In this document: positions 23,342-37,736 of the stretch, one piece after another
How positions within the stretch are numbered: position 1 is the first letter of the stretch
How the letters are laid out: the number at the start of each line of letters is the position of its first letter
NCBI GenBank assembly: GCA_963924565.1
Contig: OZ004608.1
Span: 5,518,001 to 5,582,000, forward strand
Length of the DNA: 64,000 nt
Direction: 5' to 3'
Origin: Ascidiella aspersa
Lineage: Eukaryota
Translations under genes and position numbers: made by a program
The notes under the pieces: generated by a model
Databases searched by the model: none
Told to the model about the DNA's origin: nothing
What the model saw: only the letters and a program-made list of their open reading frames with translations

Positions 23342-25822
23342 CAATTAAAAATCTTCGGATTGTGCAGATAAAATACAACAGTTTAATTCGCTGATCTTTA
23401 ATATATCCCTTTTAACGCAAAATTTAAAAACATGCGATTATCCATTTGTTTTAGTATCGAGGCTTAATTGTGTTTGTCTAAAATGTTTAATGAATAATCT
23501 TGCATAAGTAATCGTGCTCCTGAAATGATTATTTATATTTGTTCGTTATGTGCTTCTTCAAATACTTAAAGAAAACCTTGCTTTTACGAAATTTAAATAT
23601 AAAGATAACTGTTCACTTAACGTTTGCATGTTTATCGCCTCGTCTGCGTGCTTAAGTATTTCTGCAATTGGATTTCGCATCTACAGCTTTTCACCACCTA
23701 CTTTATAGCTGTGTATAACCACAAGTATACAAAATCAGCTGATGTAGAATTACCGAACCGAGAAAAAGTAAATAATTTATGAGATATGTGTGTTTGTTTT
23801 TTGTCGCATTATATATTCAAGTGTGTATCAATTGTAGCTGCCTAAACAATAAAATTGACTTGTCAAATCATCGTGATTGTTCACATTCTGTAAGCTTTGT
23901 TTCCGGTCATGTCATAGTCATGTATAGTTATAATTATATCGATTCATTGCGATTTATGAGGAAGCCTTGTAAATAGGGAAATTAAACTTAAGCCTCTTGC
24001 GTTACGGTGAGAAATTGTAAGAGGAATATGGATGCCGATATATCCATTTTACCCATAGCTTCCAAACGTAGCGTGTAAACTAAATATAAAATTGTAACTA
24101 AATATAAGGTAACGCTAATGTAAATGACGTCATTTGACATGGAATAAGTTACTTATTCAGTACATTTTGCCCCAAAACTTGGGTATCAATATCGCAACCC
24201 ACTACATACTATTAATAAAGGTAACCTCGCGATTGTTAGTTCCATCCCTATTTGCAAAAAAACCCTACCCCAACAGTAACCCTACAACACATATACACAA
24301 GGTCTGTTGTCTGGCGTTCGCATAGCATGTAGCCATAGACATAAACTTACAGCTGTTAGCTTTGTGAAGCGTTTGCGGCTATTCAATTTATAAATAAATA
24401 AATAAATTTAATTCTGCCCCTTTAGATTCCACGCTTTTTCTCATAAAGATATTCTTACATAAAGTTATTGAAATCAAAGTAAAATGATATTATAGTTACT
24501 GCAATAGTTAAAATTAGTATAGTTTATCTGTCCTTTTTTGCTCAAACTAGTTACTTCTTATTCAAGCCAATACGAAGTTATTTTTGTCATATTAACCTCC
24601 GCCTTACAAAATACCCTTTGACCCCGAGATGAATATTTGTTTTATTACACAACGCAAGCATTCTTTCTTACGAGAGCAAGGTTTCGTCGTAAAACAAATA
24701 AAAGCTTTAACTATGTTGGTAATTTGCAACTACTAGTCGTAAGCGATGGCTTATATAATTGCAATCTAAAAATCAAAAGACATTTAATTGCAATCTAAAA
24801 ATAAACCGGGGATAAAAAGGATTATTAGAAGGTTGTTTGAATTTATGCATTTATTGAGAAATTGTCCGACTTTGTATAGGCGTAAATTGCAGACACGCAA
24901 TTTTATTCTCAAACCTTTGGGTTTGCAGTCCACTAAATATTAGCGGCAAAATCCCTGCAAAACACGTTACAACTGTCCCTAGCAAACTGTATATAAGGCA
25001 ATAGCCTAATTATCATTAATTTTGTAGTGGAATTTATCATTACTTTTTGTAGCACTTTTGTAGTGGAGTGTGCATTTTGGTCGCACGCGTACCCATTTTC
25101 CTATTTGTTACACATAAGTTATTTTTTAAACTTACAAAACTTTCACGGCACGCAGTTTAAGAATAGCTGACTTTAAATGTCGTTTAACCACGTACTGATA
25201 GTAGTTCTTACAATAATTTGTTGGGGGCTTTTCGAATGTATAATATTGAAATGCTACTGATATAGGGTGTAAGCGAACAGGCGTATTCTGAGAATCACCA
25301 AATTCAACAATTTTCTGCGGGCCACTGTGGCACTCTCGTACTTTACCACTGTCCCAAGACAAGGTTCCTTTTACCAACAATTAGGATCGCTATAAGGCGG
25401 AATCGATTTTTTGTTGGGCAGCGACGTCAGATGTTGACACACAGCCGTGACGTCATATATATATATATAAGCAGTACGACATCGTATATCGATTCAACAA
25501 CGCTATACAGCCGAAAGACCATTTGTTAATACAGCGGTTCTGTATATTTCCAGTTCGACTGACAAAAATCTCGCATAAATCAGCTCAGACTTAACAAATT
25601 AACTCAAAACCGTTCTTAAAAATCCTGCTTGACGGTTCGAATCCCTGGTTTAAGCTTTGCATTTTCTTAGGCAGAATTGTTTTGCCTAGGTTATTTTAAG
25701 TCTTTTCTTGCTGCATTTAGTTGGCTTTAACTCGCTCTACTATTTTAGTCATGCAGGAATTTTTCAATTGTTGAAAAAACACCATTTGTTTGTTGATTGC
25801 TGCTGTTCCGATAAAGATAATA

Positions 25823-26416
25823 ATGGAGGAAGTCTGGCATTTCACCTGTTCCGTTGAGGGGATTCGATCGCGATACAAAAACGGAAACGAAGATTTTTAC
25901 TCGGAGAAGGGAATGGAAGACGGAACAATGTGGCACGTGGAGTTTGGGCCGGTTGACGACGACGACGAAAATGGCGACTATGATGATAATCAGCTGGCTG
26001 GAACTTGTGGATTGCTGAAGGTCTCAGACAGCCAGGCCATTCCTTCTTACTGGAAAGACGCGAAATGGGCTGTGAAGCGAACTATCACCGGAGCTGAATC
26101 GATTGAAGAAAGTGAAAGCGAATTCGTGTCCGAATACAGCGCTACAATGATGAAGAACATCGCCTTCACTCTTCGGGGCCAGGAAATGGAAACGCATTGC
26201 GGTTATGAAGAATCCAATGGCACTTGGGAGGTTGAGACGCATGTGGAGGTGACGCATTATGATGATACTGGTGAATGTGTTCACGGTCTAATTACTTCGG
26301 CGAATGAAATTACTTTGAACCAAGCTGCCATCTACTTGGCCAAAACTTTTGGGCCTGGCTTGGTGAGATGGGTTAGCCGTTGCGTTAAACCCGGAGGGTG
26401 GAGATACTCTTGGTAG
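25823..26416 (+). CDS. Array gene A2, unknown protein, 197 aa
   Basis: Intact ORF MEEVWHFTCSVEGIR...PGGWRYSW. Confidence 0.85.
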   Translation: MEEVWHFTCSVEGIRSRYKNGNEDFYSEKGMEDGTMWHVEFGPVDDDDENGDYDDNQLAGTCGLLKVSDSQAIPSYWKDAKWAVKRTITGAESIEESESEFVSEYSATMMKNIAFTLRGQEMETHCGYEESNGTWEVETHVEVTHYDDTGECVHGLITSANEITLNQAAIYLAKTFGPGLVRWVSRCVKPGGWRYSW

Positions 26417-27629
26417 CAATCTTCGCTTAATACAACACTTTAATTCGCTGATCTTTAATATTTCCCTTTTAACGCAATATTGAAACACATGCGATTAACA
26501 ATGTTTATCAGTATTGTTTGTTTCTGTCTATTGGTTAACAAATAATCTTACCTAATCGTGCTCCTGTAATGATTATTCATATTTTGTCGTTATGTGCTTC
26601 TTAAAATACCTAACGAAAATCATTCTTCAACGAAATTTCAATATAAAGATAACTGCGCATTCAACGTTTATATGTTTATCGCCTCGTCTGCGTGCTTTTC
26701 TATGTTCGTAATTGGTTTTCGCATCTATAGCTTTTCACCACCTACACTATAGCTGTGTATAACCACAAGTATACAAAATCAGGTGATGTTGAATTACCGA
26801 ACCGAGATGAAGTAAATATTTCATATGATGTGTGTGTTTGTTTTTTGTCGCATTATATATTCAAGTGTGTATCAATTGTAGCTGCTTAAACAATAAAATG
26901 TAATTGTTAAATTATCGTGATTGTAAATTTAATTCAAAAAATTGTAACTTAATATACGTTAACGCTAATGTAAAATGACGTCATTTAACATGGAATCAGC
27001 TAGTCTTAAAATGTGTGCCGTGGAAGTTTTGTAAGTTTGAAAAATAACAAATGTGTAACACATAGGAAAATAGGCAAGCATGTGAGACTAAATGCACACT
27101 ATCCATTACAAAATTAATGATAATTAGGCTATTGCCTTATATACAGTTTGTTAGGGACAGTTGTAACGTGTTTTGCGGGGATTTTGCCGCTAATATTTTA
27201 GTGGACTGCAAACCAAAAGGTTTGAGAATAAAATTGCGTGTCTGCAAATTTGGCAACGAAGCGTTGTACTCAGAAACCGGAATGAAGGACGGCGAAATGT
27301 GGCAGGTGAATTTTGGCCCAGTCGACGTCAATGATGACGATGACAGTAAAGATAACGTAGACGATAACGTAGAGGATGACTTCGATGATGAAGTCGACGA
27401 TGATGACCAACTAGTTGGAATTTGTAGATTGCTGATGATATCTGACCTCCAGGCCATTCCGACTCATTAGGAAGAGGTGGAATGGGCTGTGAAGCGAATT
27501 TTCACCGAAACTCGGTACATTAAAGAAAGTGAAAGCGAATTCGTGTCCAAATACAGCGATACAATGATGAAGAATATTGCCTTTATACTCAGGGGCGAAG
27601 GAATAGAAGAGTTCTGCAATGCTGTAGAG

Positions 27630-29464
27630 CAGTGTTTCTTAACCTTTTTCACCCCAGGGCGCACCTGTAAACCTTTCGAAACGTGGCGGTGCACCTGACG
27701 AGCGAGTCGACTGCTAACTTTGTTTTTTGCTGGCAGTTTTTATTACATCAGGCTCCCAATTCTATTATATATTAAACAGCTTGCGGAGTCGGTTAAAAAT
27801 AACCCGACTCCAACTCCCGAATCCGACTCCGGCCAAATGTGTGATTTCGTCAAATTCCGAGTCCGTCTGCAAACCTACAGCATTTAATTTTCCCATTTAC
27901 GTAACTAAATTAAGGTGGATTTTCAACAATCCCTTCATAGGGGTGTTATATCTCATCCAACCACAATACATTGCTGGAAAATATCCACGATATGCTATTT
28001 CGCCATTTTAATTTGCATTTGGCGGCATTATTAGTTCAAAAATTGGCACTGCGCACGTCGGACTCGGGACTCGGGACTCCATCAGTCCGATTTCAGCAAA
28101 ATAAATCGATTACAGTACGCCGAGTCTCAAAAACTACACTGACCTGCTATAAAATACGATGTGCTCAATAAGACATAACCTAAAAAGAAAGAAAATAAAT
28201 GAAATAGGCCATTCATGTTGTAAATTATGAAAACATACCGTATGTTAGTTAAAGTTCGATGGAAACACAGAATAAGCCCCAAGAGCAACAACATCTAACT
28301 CGGAATAAATCCAAAATGTAACGGAAAAAAACTAATAATGCCCAAAACTGTAAAAAAAACAGGGTATGGGACGATTAAAGGACATATTCTTGGCATCGGC
28401 CGTTTTTGTGCCATAGTGTTAGGGCACAGGATTGTTTGCCTCTGTTTGGGGTTAGGCGCGAGTAATGGGTAGAATTATAATTTGGGGGGAGTTTGTATTG
28501 AAGTTATGGGTGGGGTTTGGGTAGGGTTCCTCTTTTCCCCACATTTTTTTACACCCGGGAAACGGGATTGACAAATGAAACTTCCCGGGAATCCTGACGA
28601 AATTTTCGTGCCCTAATTACGTCATTATGATGATTAAAATTACTTTATATTAGCTCCAAACGTTTAATTAAGCTCATTTATGTTCTGTAGTATTGCTTCT
28701 GCAATCTTACAAGACGTTCTCGTATTAACGTCAGCACCCTTATTTGTTTTTTTTAGAAAACACGCGCATATTAGGCGTTTTTTTATTGGTAAAATAAATT
28801 TAATTACGTTTTTCCGCTGGTAAGCGCAAAAAAAGCAACTCAAGCAACGACTTTAATAGGTTTGGCAACATTTTTTTCTTTATATTAGTCAAAAACGATA
28901 ATTTTTTTTAAGTTTTGCTATGTTGCCGAATAACCGGGATTATAAAAAAAATTTCCCGGGATTCGGGATCGTTATTTCGCGGGAAAGCCCGGGAATTTCC
29001 CGTCGAAACATTCCCGGAGAGGAACCCTAGGTTTGGGGTTAAGTAAAAGGTAGGAAAGGCCTTATTCTTGCCATTTAGGCCTTATTCGGACGAATTGAGG
29101 TCTTATTTTGATTTAAACGCTATTACGAGTATTAGGTATTAGTCCTATTTTGGTCTTACTCCGAACTGTTTTATATGTCGAAGTAGCTGTTGCTTTAATT
29201 GTGGTCTTAAGGCGGAAGCCCCACTAGATTGCAATAGTTCCTCTTTTTTTGTTAGCTAAGAGCCAACATCAACCATTGGCACTTCAATAAGGGCTACGAA
29301 TCCAGTCATATTGCTCAGTGTTTATTCACAGAAAATAGTGACTAGAGTTTATTCTAAAATTATTCGCAAATTCTACAAATAATACAGAATTTTTGTAACA
29401 TTTTTTCCCATTTTCTCGCGGTGCACCTGGCCACCTTCCACGGCGCACCGGTTGAGAAACGCTG
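27630..29464. mobile_element. Non-autonomous composite hAT element, 1835 bp
   Basis: TIRs cagtgtttcttaacc / ggttgagaaacgctg; exact 8-bp TSD CTGTAGAG; empty site visible in P1. Confidence 0.92.
28522..29029. mobile_element. Nested hAT MITE with TAGGG termini, 508 bp
   Basis: TIRs tagggttcctct / agaggaacccta; exact 8-bp TSD GGTTTGGG; subterminal CCCGGGA motifs. Confidence 0.9.
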
Positions 29465-32451
29465 CTGTAGAGTGTAGACAGTGTTGGTGATTTGAAAGTT
29501 GTGACGCAATTTCGCGTCAAGACGTATAGAAATTCTGGTAAATGCTTCCACGTCCTCATCACTTCAACTATAGAGGTTACTTTTTATGAAGCTGCAACCT
29601 GCTTGGCCGAAAAGTTCGGTCCTGATGTTGTAAGATGGTTAGGCCGTTGCACCGATCCTCAAATATGGCAAGATTCTTGGCAAAGATATTATGATTGCGC
29701 TATTGTGCATAATGTTTCTGCAATAATTATTCGGCGACGTCGATTGTGACTATACAATTTGACGCAATAGTAAAATACAAACCATATTTAATTTGTACGC
29801 TTTTGTATTGGTGCTCGCTACAGAAAAAATGCAGCAAATTGAGAGTACACAATGCAACTAAGAGAAGTTTTTGGCAATAAAATGGGGACGTTTTTAAAAT
29901 GTCATCAATATTTGTGGCCAGAGCCGGATCTAGGCACGGGACCATGGTCCCCAAACTATATATTTTGCTAATTTTAACTATACCTAAGTAAAAAAACAAA
30001 TAGTTTTAGTATGTATAGCCCATTTTAAGGGTAACTTTGCAGACTTCCTTGAGGTATGACGTCACAAATTTCATCATAACGTGACGTCATAAAACATTTA
30101 ACCTTAGAAAAGCTGTTTTTTTCTAGCGCACAATCCTTCGCCCAAATGGAGCTGTAATACAGTCCAATAGGTTAATGGTATAGCAAAGGGTAAAAAAAAA
30201 CTATACGTTACGCATAAAGCACATAAAAAAGAGTCTTGCATATGTTCCGAAACAAAGGAATTTATCGTACAATTTAGCAAAAAATACGCTTTACGAAGTT
30301 TATGAGCGACACGATGCAACATACGACGAGCCAAATTCCAAGTGGGCTAAAAAGATTTTCGAAAAATGGACGAAAACGTTGTAACATGGATAGATGCTTG
30401 CCAAACGTTTTTGTAATACCGTGATAAAAGTAAAAATATATAAGAATCTATTTTGTGGGCATGGCCCTATGGCTCCACCTCTCTTGATTAGCGCCAGACA
30501 CTTTCAAAGGACTCGTGTGAAGTTTCAAAGTGCTTAGTGTTCAACCGCTTTAAATATGCCGTATTCAACACCGGCAACCAATAAACAGCTATTTCAAATC
30601 AAGGGGAAGTTGCTACGTAACCTCACGTGACTGCTCTTAAAACCGCCTATTGGCTGGAATAGGCGTCATTTCGGAGGTCACGCGTACCTCGTGCCACTTG
30701 ATAACGTTAAAGAGAACGCTGACTATAAAGAAGGGCATACTCAATAAGACCTACAAGGCAACAATATCTAAAGCGGAATAGTCTTTAATACCGTAGTTTT
30801 ACGACCAACGACATAATAAAGCCAAATACAAAGTAATATCCATGACAGAATAAGATCTAAATCGTCTAAAAATTATCCACGCCAGATATACATACGTGTG
30901 TTTTTAAATAAACATATATTACATATCCATAATAAAGCCACATATAGCAATATCCACGACAGAATAAGATCTAAATCGTCTAAAATTCCAACCGTCAAAC
31001 ATCTCCCAACCGACAATTAAACCGCCACTGTGGTATCTTTTCACATCTAGGAAGACAATACCCTAGTAACCTGGTCATACAAGTACTTACAGAAGGCAAA
31101 TTTATATGTCGTCCACATTCCCAATGTTTCGAGAAATTCCTATTCCCTAACTTTTATCGCTTTGGCACGTTTGTCGTCCTTAAATTAAGTTCTACCCATG
31201 ACTGATTTTTTAAATACGTCAACAGTCGAACAAAAAACATCTAACAACCATCCATTAGTAGCGCACGTTTAATTCGCGAAAGCGAATGATCCTTATAATA
31301 TTGTTTTTGTGCAAATAAAAACAAAATGCTGCGCCAAAGTTTTGGTAATTGTTTCGAGAAAGTCGTTTGTGGGGACAACTTGGCAAACATTTCACTATGC
31401 ACATTCAGTAACCAGATTTTACTCCGCATTTGTCCAAAGATACAGCGTAATATATCTGCTAACAATTAACTCATTAATATCTGCGGAAGTCTTGTTGCGT
31501 ATGCATAGACGCGTTTCCTGTAGGTGTATGCAAGTATAATTACGTTAAGTAAGAACACTAGCCCTATTCTATATACTGGTTTACGTTTAATCATATGAAT
31601 TTGATAGTCATTTATTTTTTTGTATTAAAGTAGATTATAGTCTCTGCGTGCGCACCAGGCATAGACGTGTTTGCTGTACGTTAATAAATAGATAATACAT
31701 GTGACGTATCTATTTTTTGTTTGTATCATATTCTGGTTTTCTAAACGATATTGTTCGAGTTTCTTAAGACTCATGCAGCCATCATTACCTTATGAAATCG
31801 TGGTAAAATATTACTAAATATGGTGTAATAGGGACAATTAGTGTGTGTTTTCGCAGTTGAAACAGTTTGTCTAGACTTTTCTGTCTTGGTAATAGGAAGT
31901 CATTTGTAAGTTCCACTGGTTCATGAAGTATATTTCGCCACAAAACACGGCATCATCAGTCTCTTAATGAAATACAATTTATTTGAAATTTATAGCTTCT
32001 ATTCGAATAAGAGACTGTTGTCTTATTTTGTTGCGAAATATATTTCTCTTTTAAGCGATTAAAACTTATAAATGACTGACGTTGACCAAGACAGGAAAGT
32101 CTACTCTAAAGAAGAGTTGCTTCCATTTGAAGTCGTCATTTATTTGTAAGGGCGACGAGACATCTTCATATTTTACACAATCAGTTTGCCATTGATACAG
32201 TTATGGTTGCCTTTAAAACGAGGTAAAGCGCTTAGCAATGTCAAAACAGGGCCCCATTCGGTTTAAATACCTGGTTTAAGCTTTGCGTGTTCTTATAGTC
32301 ACAATCTTTTTACCTGAATTATTTACGTATTTTCTTGCTGCATTTATTTGGCTTTAACTCGCTCCACTATTTTGGTCAGACAGGTATTTTCCAATTGTTT
32401 GAAAAAAACAGCTTTTATTGATTGTTTGCTGCTGTTCCGATAAAGATAAAA

Positions 32452-33045
32452 ATGGAGAAAATGTGGCATTTTACCTTTCCTGTTCAGAGGATTCTACGGC
32501 GATACGAAAACGGAAACGAAGAATTGTACTCGAAATGCGGGATGCTAGACGGAACAATGTGGTACGTGGAGTTTGGGCCGGTTGCCAGTGATACCCACCT
32601 GGCTGGAAATTGTGGATTGCTGAAGGTGTCAGCCAACCCGAACGGCCAACCCGAACCCATTCCGTCTTGTTGGAATGAAGTGGATTGTGCTCTTAAGAGA
32701 ATATTCACAGAAGCTCACGACACGGAAAATAAAGTAGTTGCATTCCGATCTGAATACAGCCCTACAATGAAGAAGAATATTGCCTTCACACTTCGGGGCC
32801 AGGGAATGGAAAAGTTCTGCGGTCGTGAAGAAACATATGTAGGATCAAATGGCTCTTGGGAGGTTGAGACGCATGGCGCGGTGACGCATTATGATTATTC
32901 TGGTAAAGGTGTTCACGGTCTAATTACTTCGGCGAATGGAATCGATTTGAACGAAGCTGCCAGCTACTTGACCAGCAAGTTCCCTGGCTTGGTGAGATGG
33001 GTTAGCCGTTGCGTTAACCCCGAAGGGTGGCAATACTCTTGGTAG
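32452..33045 (+). CDS. Array gene C2, 197 aa
   Basis: Protein identical to C1. Confidence 0.85.
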   Translation: MEKMWHFTFPVQRILRRYENGNEELYSKCGMLDGTMWYVEFGPVASDTHLAGNCGLLKVSANPNGQPEPIPSCWNEVDCALKRIFTEAHDTENKVVAFRSEYSPTMKKNIAFTLRGQGMEKFCGREETYVGSNGSWEVETHGAVTHYDYSGKGVHGLITSANGIDLNEAASYLTSKFPGLVRWVSRCVNPEGWQYSW

Positions 33046-36000
33046 CAATTAAAAATCTTCGGATTGTGCAGATAAAATACAACAGTTTAATTCGCTGATC
33101 TTTAATATATCCCTTTTAACGCAAAATTTAAAAACATGCGATTATCAATTTGTTTTAGTATCGAGGCTTAATTGTGTTTGTCTAAAATGTTTAATGAATA
33201 ATCTTGCATAAGTAATCGTGCTCCTGAAATGATTATTTATATTTGTTCGTTATGTGCTTCTTCAAATACTTAAAGAAAACCTTGCTTTTACGAAATTTAA
33301 ATATAAAGATAACTGTTCACTTAACGTTTGCATGTTTATCGCCTCGTCTGCGTGCTTAAGTATTTCTGCAATTGGATTTCGCATCTACAGTTTTTCACCA
33401 CCTACTTTATAGCTGTGTATAACCACAAGTATACAAAATCAGCTGATGTAGAATTACCGAACCGAGATAAAGTAAATAATTCATGAGATATGTGTGTTTG
33501 TTTTTTGTCGCATTATATATTCAAGTGTGTATCAATTGTAGCTGCCTAAACAATAAAATTGACTTGTTAAATCATCGTGATTGTTCACATTCTGTAAGCT
33601 TTGTTTCCGGTCATGTCATAGTTATGGATAGTTATAATTATATCAATTCATTGCGATTTATTAGGAAGCCTTGTAAATAGGGAAATTAAACTTAAGCCTC
33701 TTGCGTTATGGTGAGAAATTGTAAGAGGAATATGGATGCCCCGAGGAATATGGATGCCGATATATCCATTTTACCCATAGCTTCCAAACGTAGCGTGTAA
33801 ACTAAATATAAAATTGTAACTAAATATAAGGTAACGCTAATGTAAATGACGTCATTTGACATGGAATAAGTTACTTATTCAGTACATTTTGCCCCAAAAC
33901 TTGGGTATCAATATCGCAACCCACTACGTACTATTAATAAAGGTAACCTCGCGATTGTTAGTTCCATCCCAATTTGCAAAAAACCCTACCCCAACAGTAA
34001 CCCTACAACACATATACACAAGGTCTGTTGTCTGGCGTTCGCATAGCATGTAGCCATAGACAAAAACTTACAGCTGTTAGCTTTGTGAAGCGTTTGCCGC
34101 TATTCAATTTATAAATAAATAAATAAATTTAATTCTGCCCCTTTAGATTCCACGCTTTTTCTCATAAAGATATTCTTACATAAAGTTATTGAAATCAAAG
34201 TAAAATGATATTATAGTTACTGCAATAGTTAAAATTAGTATAGTTTATCTGTCCTTTTTTGCTCAAACTAGTTACTTCTTATTCAAGCCAATACGAAGTT
34301 ATTTTTGTCATATTAACCTCCGCCTTACAAAATACCCTTTGACCCCGAGATGAATATTTATTTTATTACACAACGCAAGCATTCTTTCTTACGAGAGCAA
34401 GGTTTCGTCGTAAAACAAATAAAAGCTTTTACTATGTTGGTAATTTGCAACTACTAGTCGTAAGCGATGGCTTATATAATTGCAATCTAAAAATCAAAAG
34501 ACATTTAATTGCAATCTAAAAATAAACCGGGGATAAAAAGGATTATTAGAAGGTTGTTTGAATTTATGCATTTATTGAGAAATTGTCCGACTTTGTATAG
34601 GCGTAAATTGCAGACACGCAATTTTATTCTCAAACCTTTGGGTTTGCAGTCCACTAAATATTAGCGGCAAAATCCCTGCAAAACACGTTACAACTGTCCC
34701 TAGCAAACTGTATATAAGGCAATAGCCTAATTATCATTAATTTTGTAGTGGAATTTATCATTACTTTTTGTAGCACTTTTGTAGTGGAGTGTGCATTTTG
34801 GTCGCACGAGTACCCATTTTCTTATTTGTTACACATAAGTTATTTTTCAAACTTACAAAACTTTCACGGCACGCAGTTTAAGAATAGCTGACTTTAAATG
34901 TCGTTTAACCACGTACTGATAGTAGTTCTTACAATAATTTGTTGGGGGCTTTTCGAATGTATAATATTGAAATGCTACTGATATAGGGTGTAAGCGAACA
35001 GGCGTATTCTGAGAATCACCAAATTCAACAAGTTTCTGCGGGCCACTGTGGCACTCTCGTACTTTACCACTGCCCCAAGACAAGGTTCTTTTTACCAACA
35101 TATTTATCGCCCCGTCTGCGTGCTTTAGTATTTTCGTAATTGGTTTTCGCATCTATAGCTTCTCACCACCTACTTTATAGCTGTGCATAACCACAGGTAT
35201 ACAAAATCAGGTGATGTAGAATTACCGAACCGAGATAAAGTAAATAAATCATATGATGTGTGTGTTTGTGTTTCGTCGCATTATATATTCAAGTGTGTAT
35301 CAATTGTAGCTGCTTAAACAATAAAGTTTACTTGTCAAATCGTCTTGATTGTTCACATTCTATATGCTTAGTTTCCGGGCATATTATAGTCATGTATAGT
35401 TTATTAACATATCGATTCTTAGCGATTTATTAGGAAGCCTAATAAAAAGATAAATTCAACTTAATCCCCTTTTGTAACGGTGTGAAATCGTAACAGGAAT
35501 ATGGATTCCCGTTATTATTAAATTTAAATTGATCCCCGATCTTGAGTGGCAATATCGGTACTCGTTCGATTCTTGGAAAGCATCATGTCAAATCCTAAAA
35601 CAAACCGATATACCAATTTCAACCATGACTTATGCGATCCAACGTATCGTTTCGTTTTTAAGCAATTTAGAACAAAACATATTAACCAACTATGGGAAAC
35701 GCCAATGTAAATGACGTCATTTGACATGGAATAAGTTACTTATTCAGTACATTTTATCCCCAAACTAGGGTATCGATTCGGACCGTAATACCTACTACAA
35801 ACAGAGGGTTACCCCGCTATTGTTAAATCTATTCCAATTTACAAAAATACATTACCCCCAACAGTCCCTACAACACATATACACCGGGTTTTTTGTCTGT
35901 CATTTACATAGCCTGTGACCATAGACATAAACTAACGCTTTTGACCTTGTGAAGCGTTTGCGGTTATTAAATTTATTTGTACCCTTTTAGATTTTATGCT

Positions 36001-37736
36001 TTTTTTGCTTAAATATATTATTACAAAAAGTCGTTGAAATCGAAGTGTAATAATATTATAGTTACTGCAATAGTTATAATTAGTATAGCTTATCGGTCCT
36101 AACATAGATTTTTGATTTAAAATGCTTATTTCTAGTTTCTTCAAGCCAATACGAACATATTCTTGTCATATTAATCTCCGCCTTACAAATACTGTTCAGG
36201 CGCAAAATAATATTTGTTTTATTACACAAAGCAAGCATTCGTACTAACGAGAGCAAGGTTTCGTCGTAAAACAAATAAAACCTTATGTTGCTAATTTGTA
36301 ACTATTAGTCGTTAGCGATGGCGTTTGACAAGCGTGTGGGTGATTTCTCACAGCCAGTTATCGGCAGGTAAGAAGCAACTTTGGACTGTATGCGTAAAGT
36401 TGCATGTGAAACAGATTCTTAGCTCGCACAAATAGATTTAAAACTTAGTTTTAAACACCGAAGATCCTGGCCAATCAGCTAGGTCAGTGGTTCCCAAACT
36501 GTGGGCCATGGCCCAGGAGTGGGACACAAGAATATTTTCAGTGTGCCGTGGAGCTATTTGTAAATATTGCAACCAAATATGTTTTGTTTTTCTAAAATAA
36601 TTGTTAGCATATCTAAAACCATATAGGCATAAGACCAATATCCATATTGTTGACAATTTGCGAACTTTACACGAAAAGGCGAAGTCTCACGGCATATGTT
36701 TTTTAACTACGCAATTAGCACGGTAGTTTACTTTAAATTCCAGATGTTTTCGTAGAAAGATATTTATTTCCAAAAAATGAACCGGGTGTGAAAAGGATTA
36801 CTTGAATGTTATTTGAATCAATTCATTTATTGAGAAATTTTCCGACTTTTTAGGCGTAAATTACAGACATGCAATTTTATTCTCAAACATTTTTGGTTTG
36901 CGGTCCACTAAAATAATCGCGGCAAAATCCCTGCAAAACACGTTACAACTGTCCCTAGCAAACTGTATATAAGGCAATAGCCTAATTATCATTACTTTTG
37001 TAGTGGATAGTGTGCATTTAGGCCCGCATGCTTGTCTATTTTCCTATTTGTTACACATTAGTTAATTTTTAAACTTACAAAACTGACTTTAAATGTCGTT
37101 TCACCCCGTGCTGATAGTAGTTCCTACAATAATTTTTTTGGGGCTTTTCAAATGTCTAATATTGAAATGCTACTGATATAGGGTGTAAGCGAACCGGCGT
37201 ATTCTGAGAATCACCGAATTCAACAACTTACTGCGGGCCACTGTGGCACTCTCGTACTTTACCACTGCCTAAAGACAAGGTTCCTTTTACCAACAATTAG
37301 GATCGCTATAAGGCGGAATCGATTTTTTGCTGGGCAGGGACGTCAGATGTTGACACACAGCCGTGACGTCATATATATATATAAGCAGTACGACATCGTA
37401 TATCGATTCAACAACGCTATACAGCCGAAAGACCATTTGTTAATACAGCGGTTCTGTATATTTCCAGTTCGACTGACAAAAATCTCGCATAAATCAGCTC
37501 AGACTTAACAAATTAGCTCAAAACCGTTCTTAAAAATCCTGCTTGACGGTTCGAATCCCTGGTTTAAGCTTTGCATTTTCTTAGGCAGAATTGTTTTGCC
37601 TAGGTTATTTTAAGTCTTTTCTTGCTGCATTTAGTTGGCTTTAACTCGCTCTACTATTTTAGTCATGCAGGAATTTTTCAATTGTTGAAAAATCACCATT
37701 TGTTTGTTGATTGCTGCTGTTCCGATAAAGATAAAA

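Larger units (their letters stand above)
27252..29683 (+). pseudogene. Array pseudogene P3, interrupted by a hAT element
   Basis: Same lesions as P1; 1835-bp insertion; terminal TAA changed to CAA. Confidence 0.88.
25380..35098 (+). repeat. ~9.7-kb segmental duplication (A-P[hAT]-C block); second copy at ~41265-50985
   Basis: Constant offset 15886-15887 for A2/A3, P3/P4, the hAT elements and C2/C3. Confidence 0.9.
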
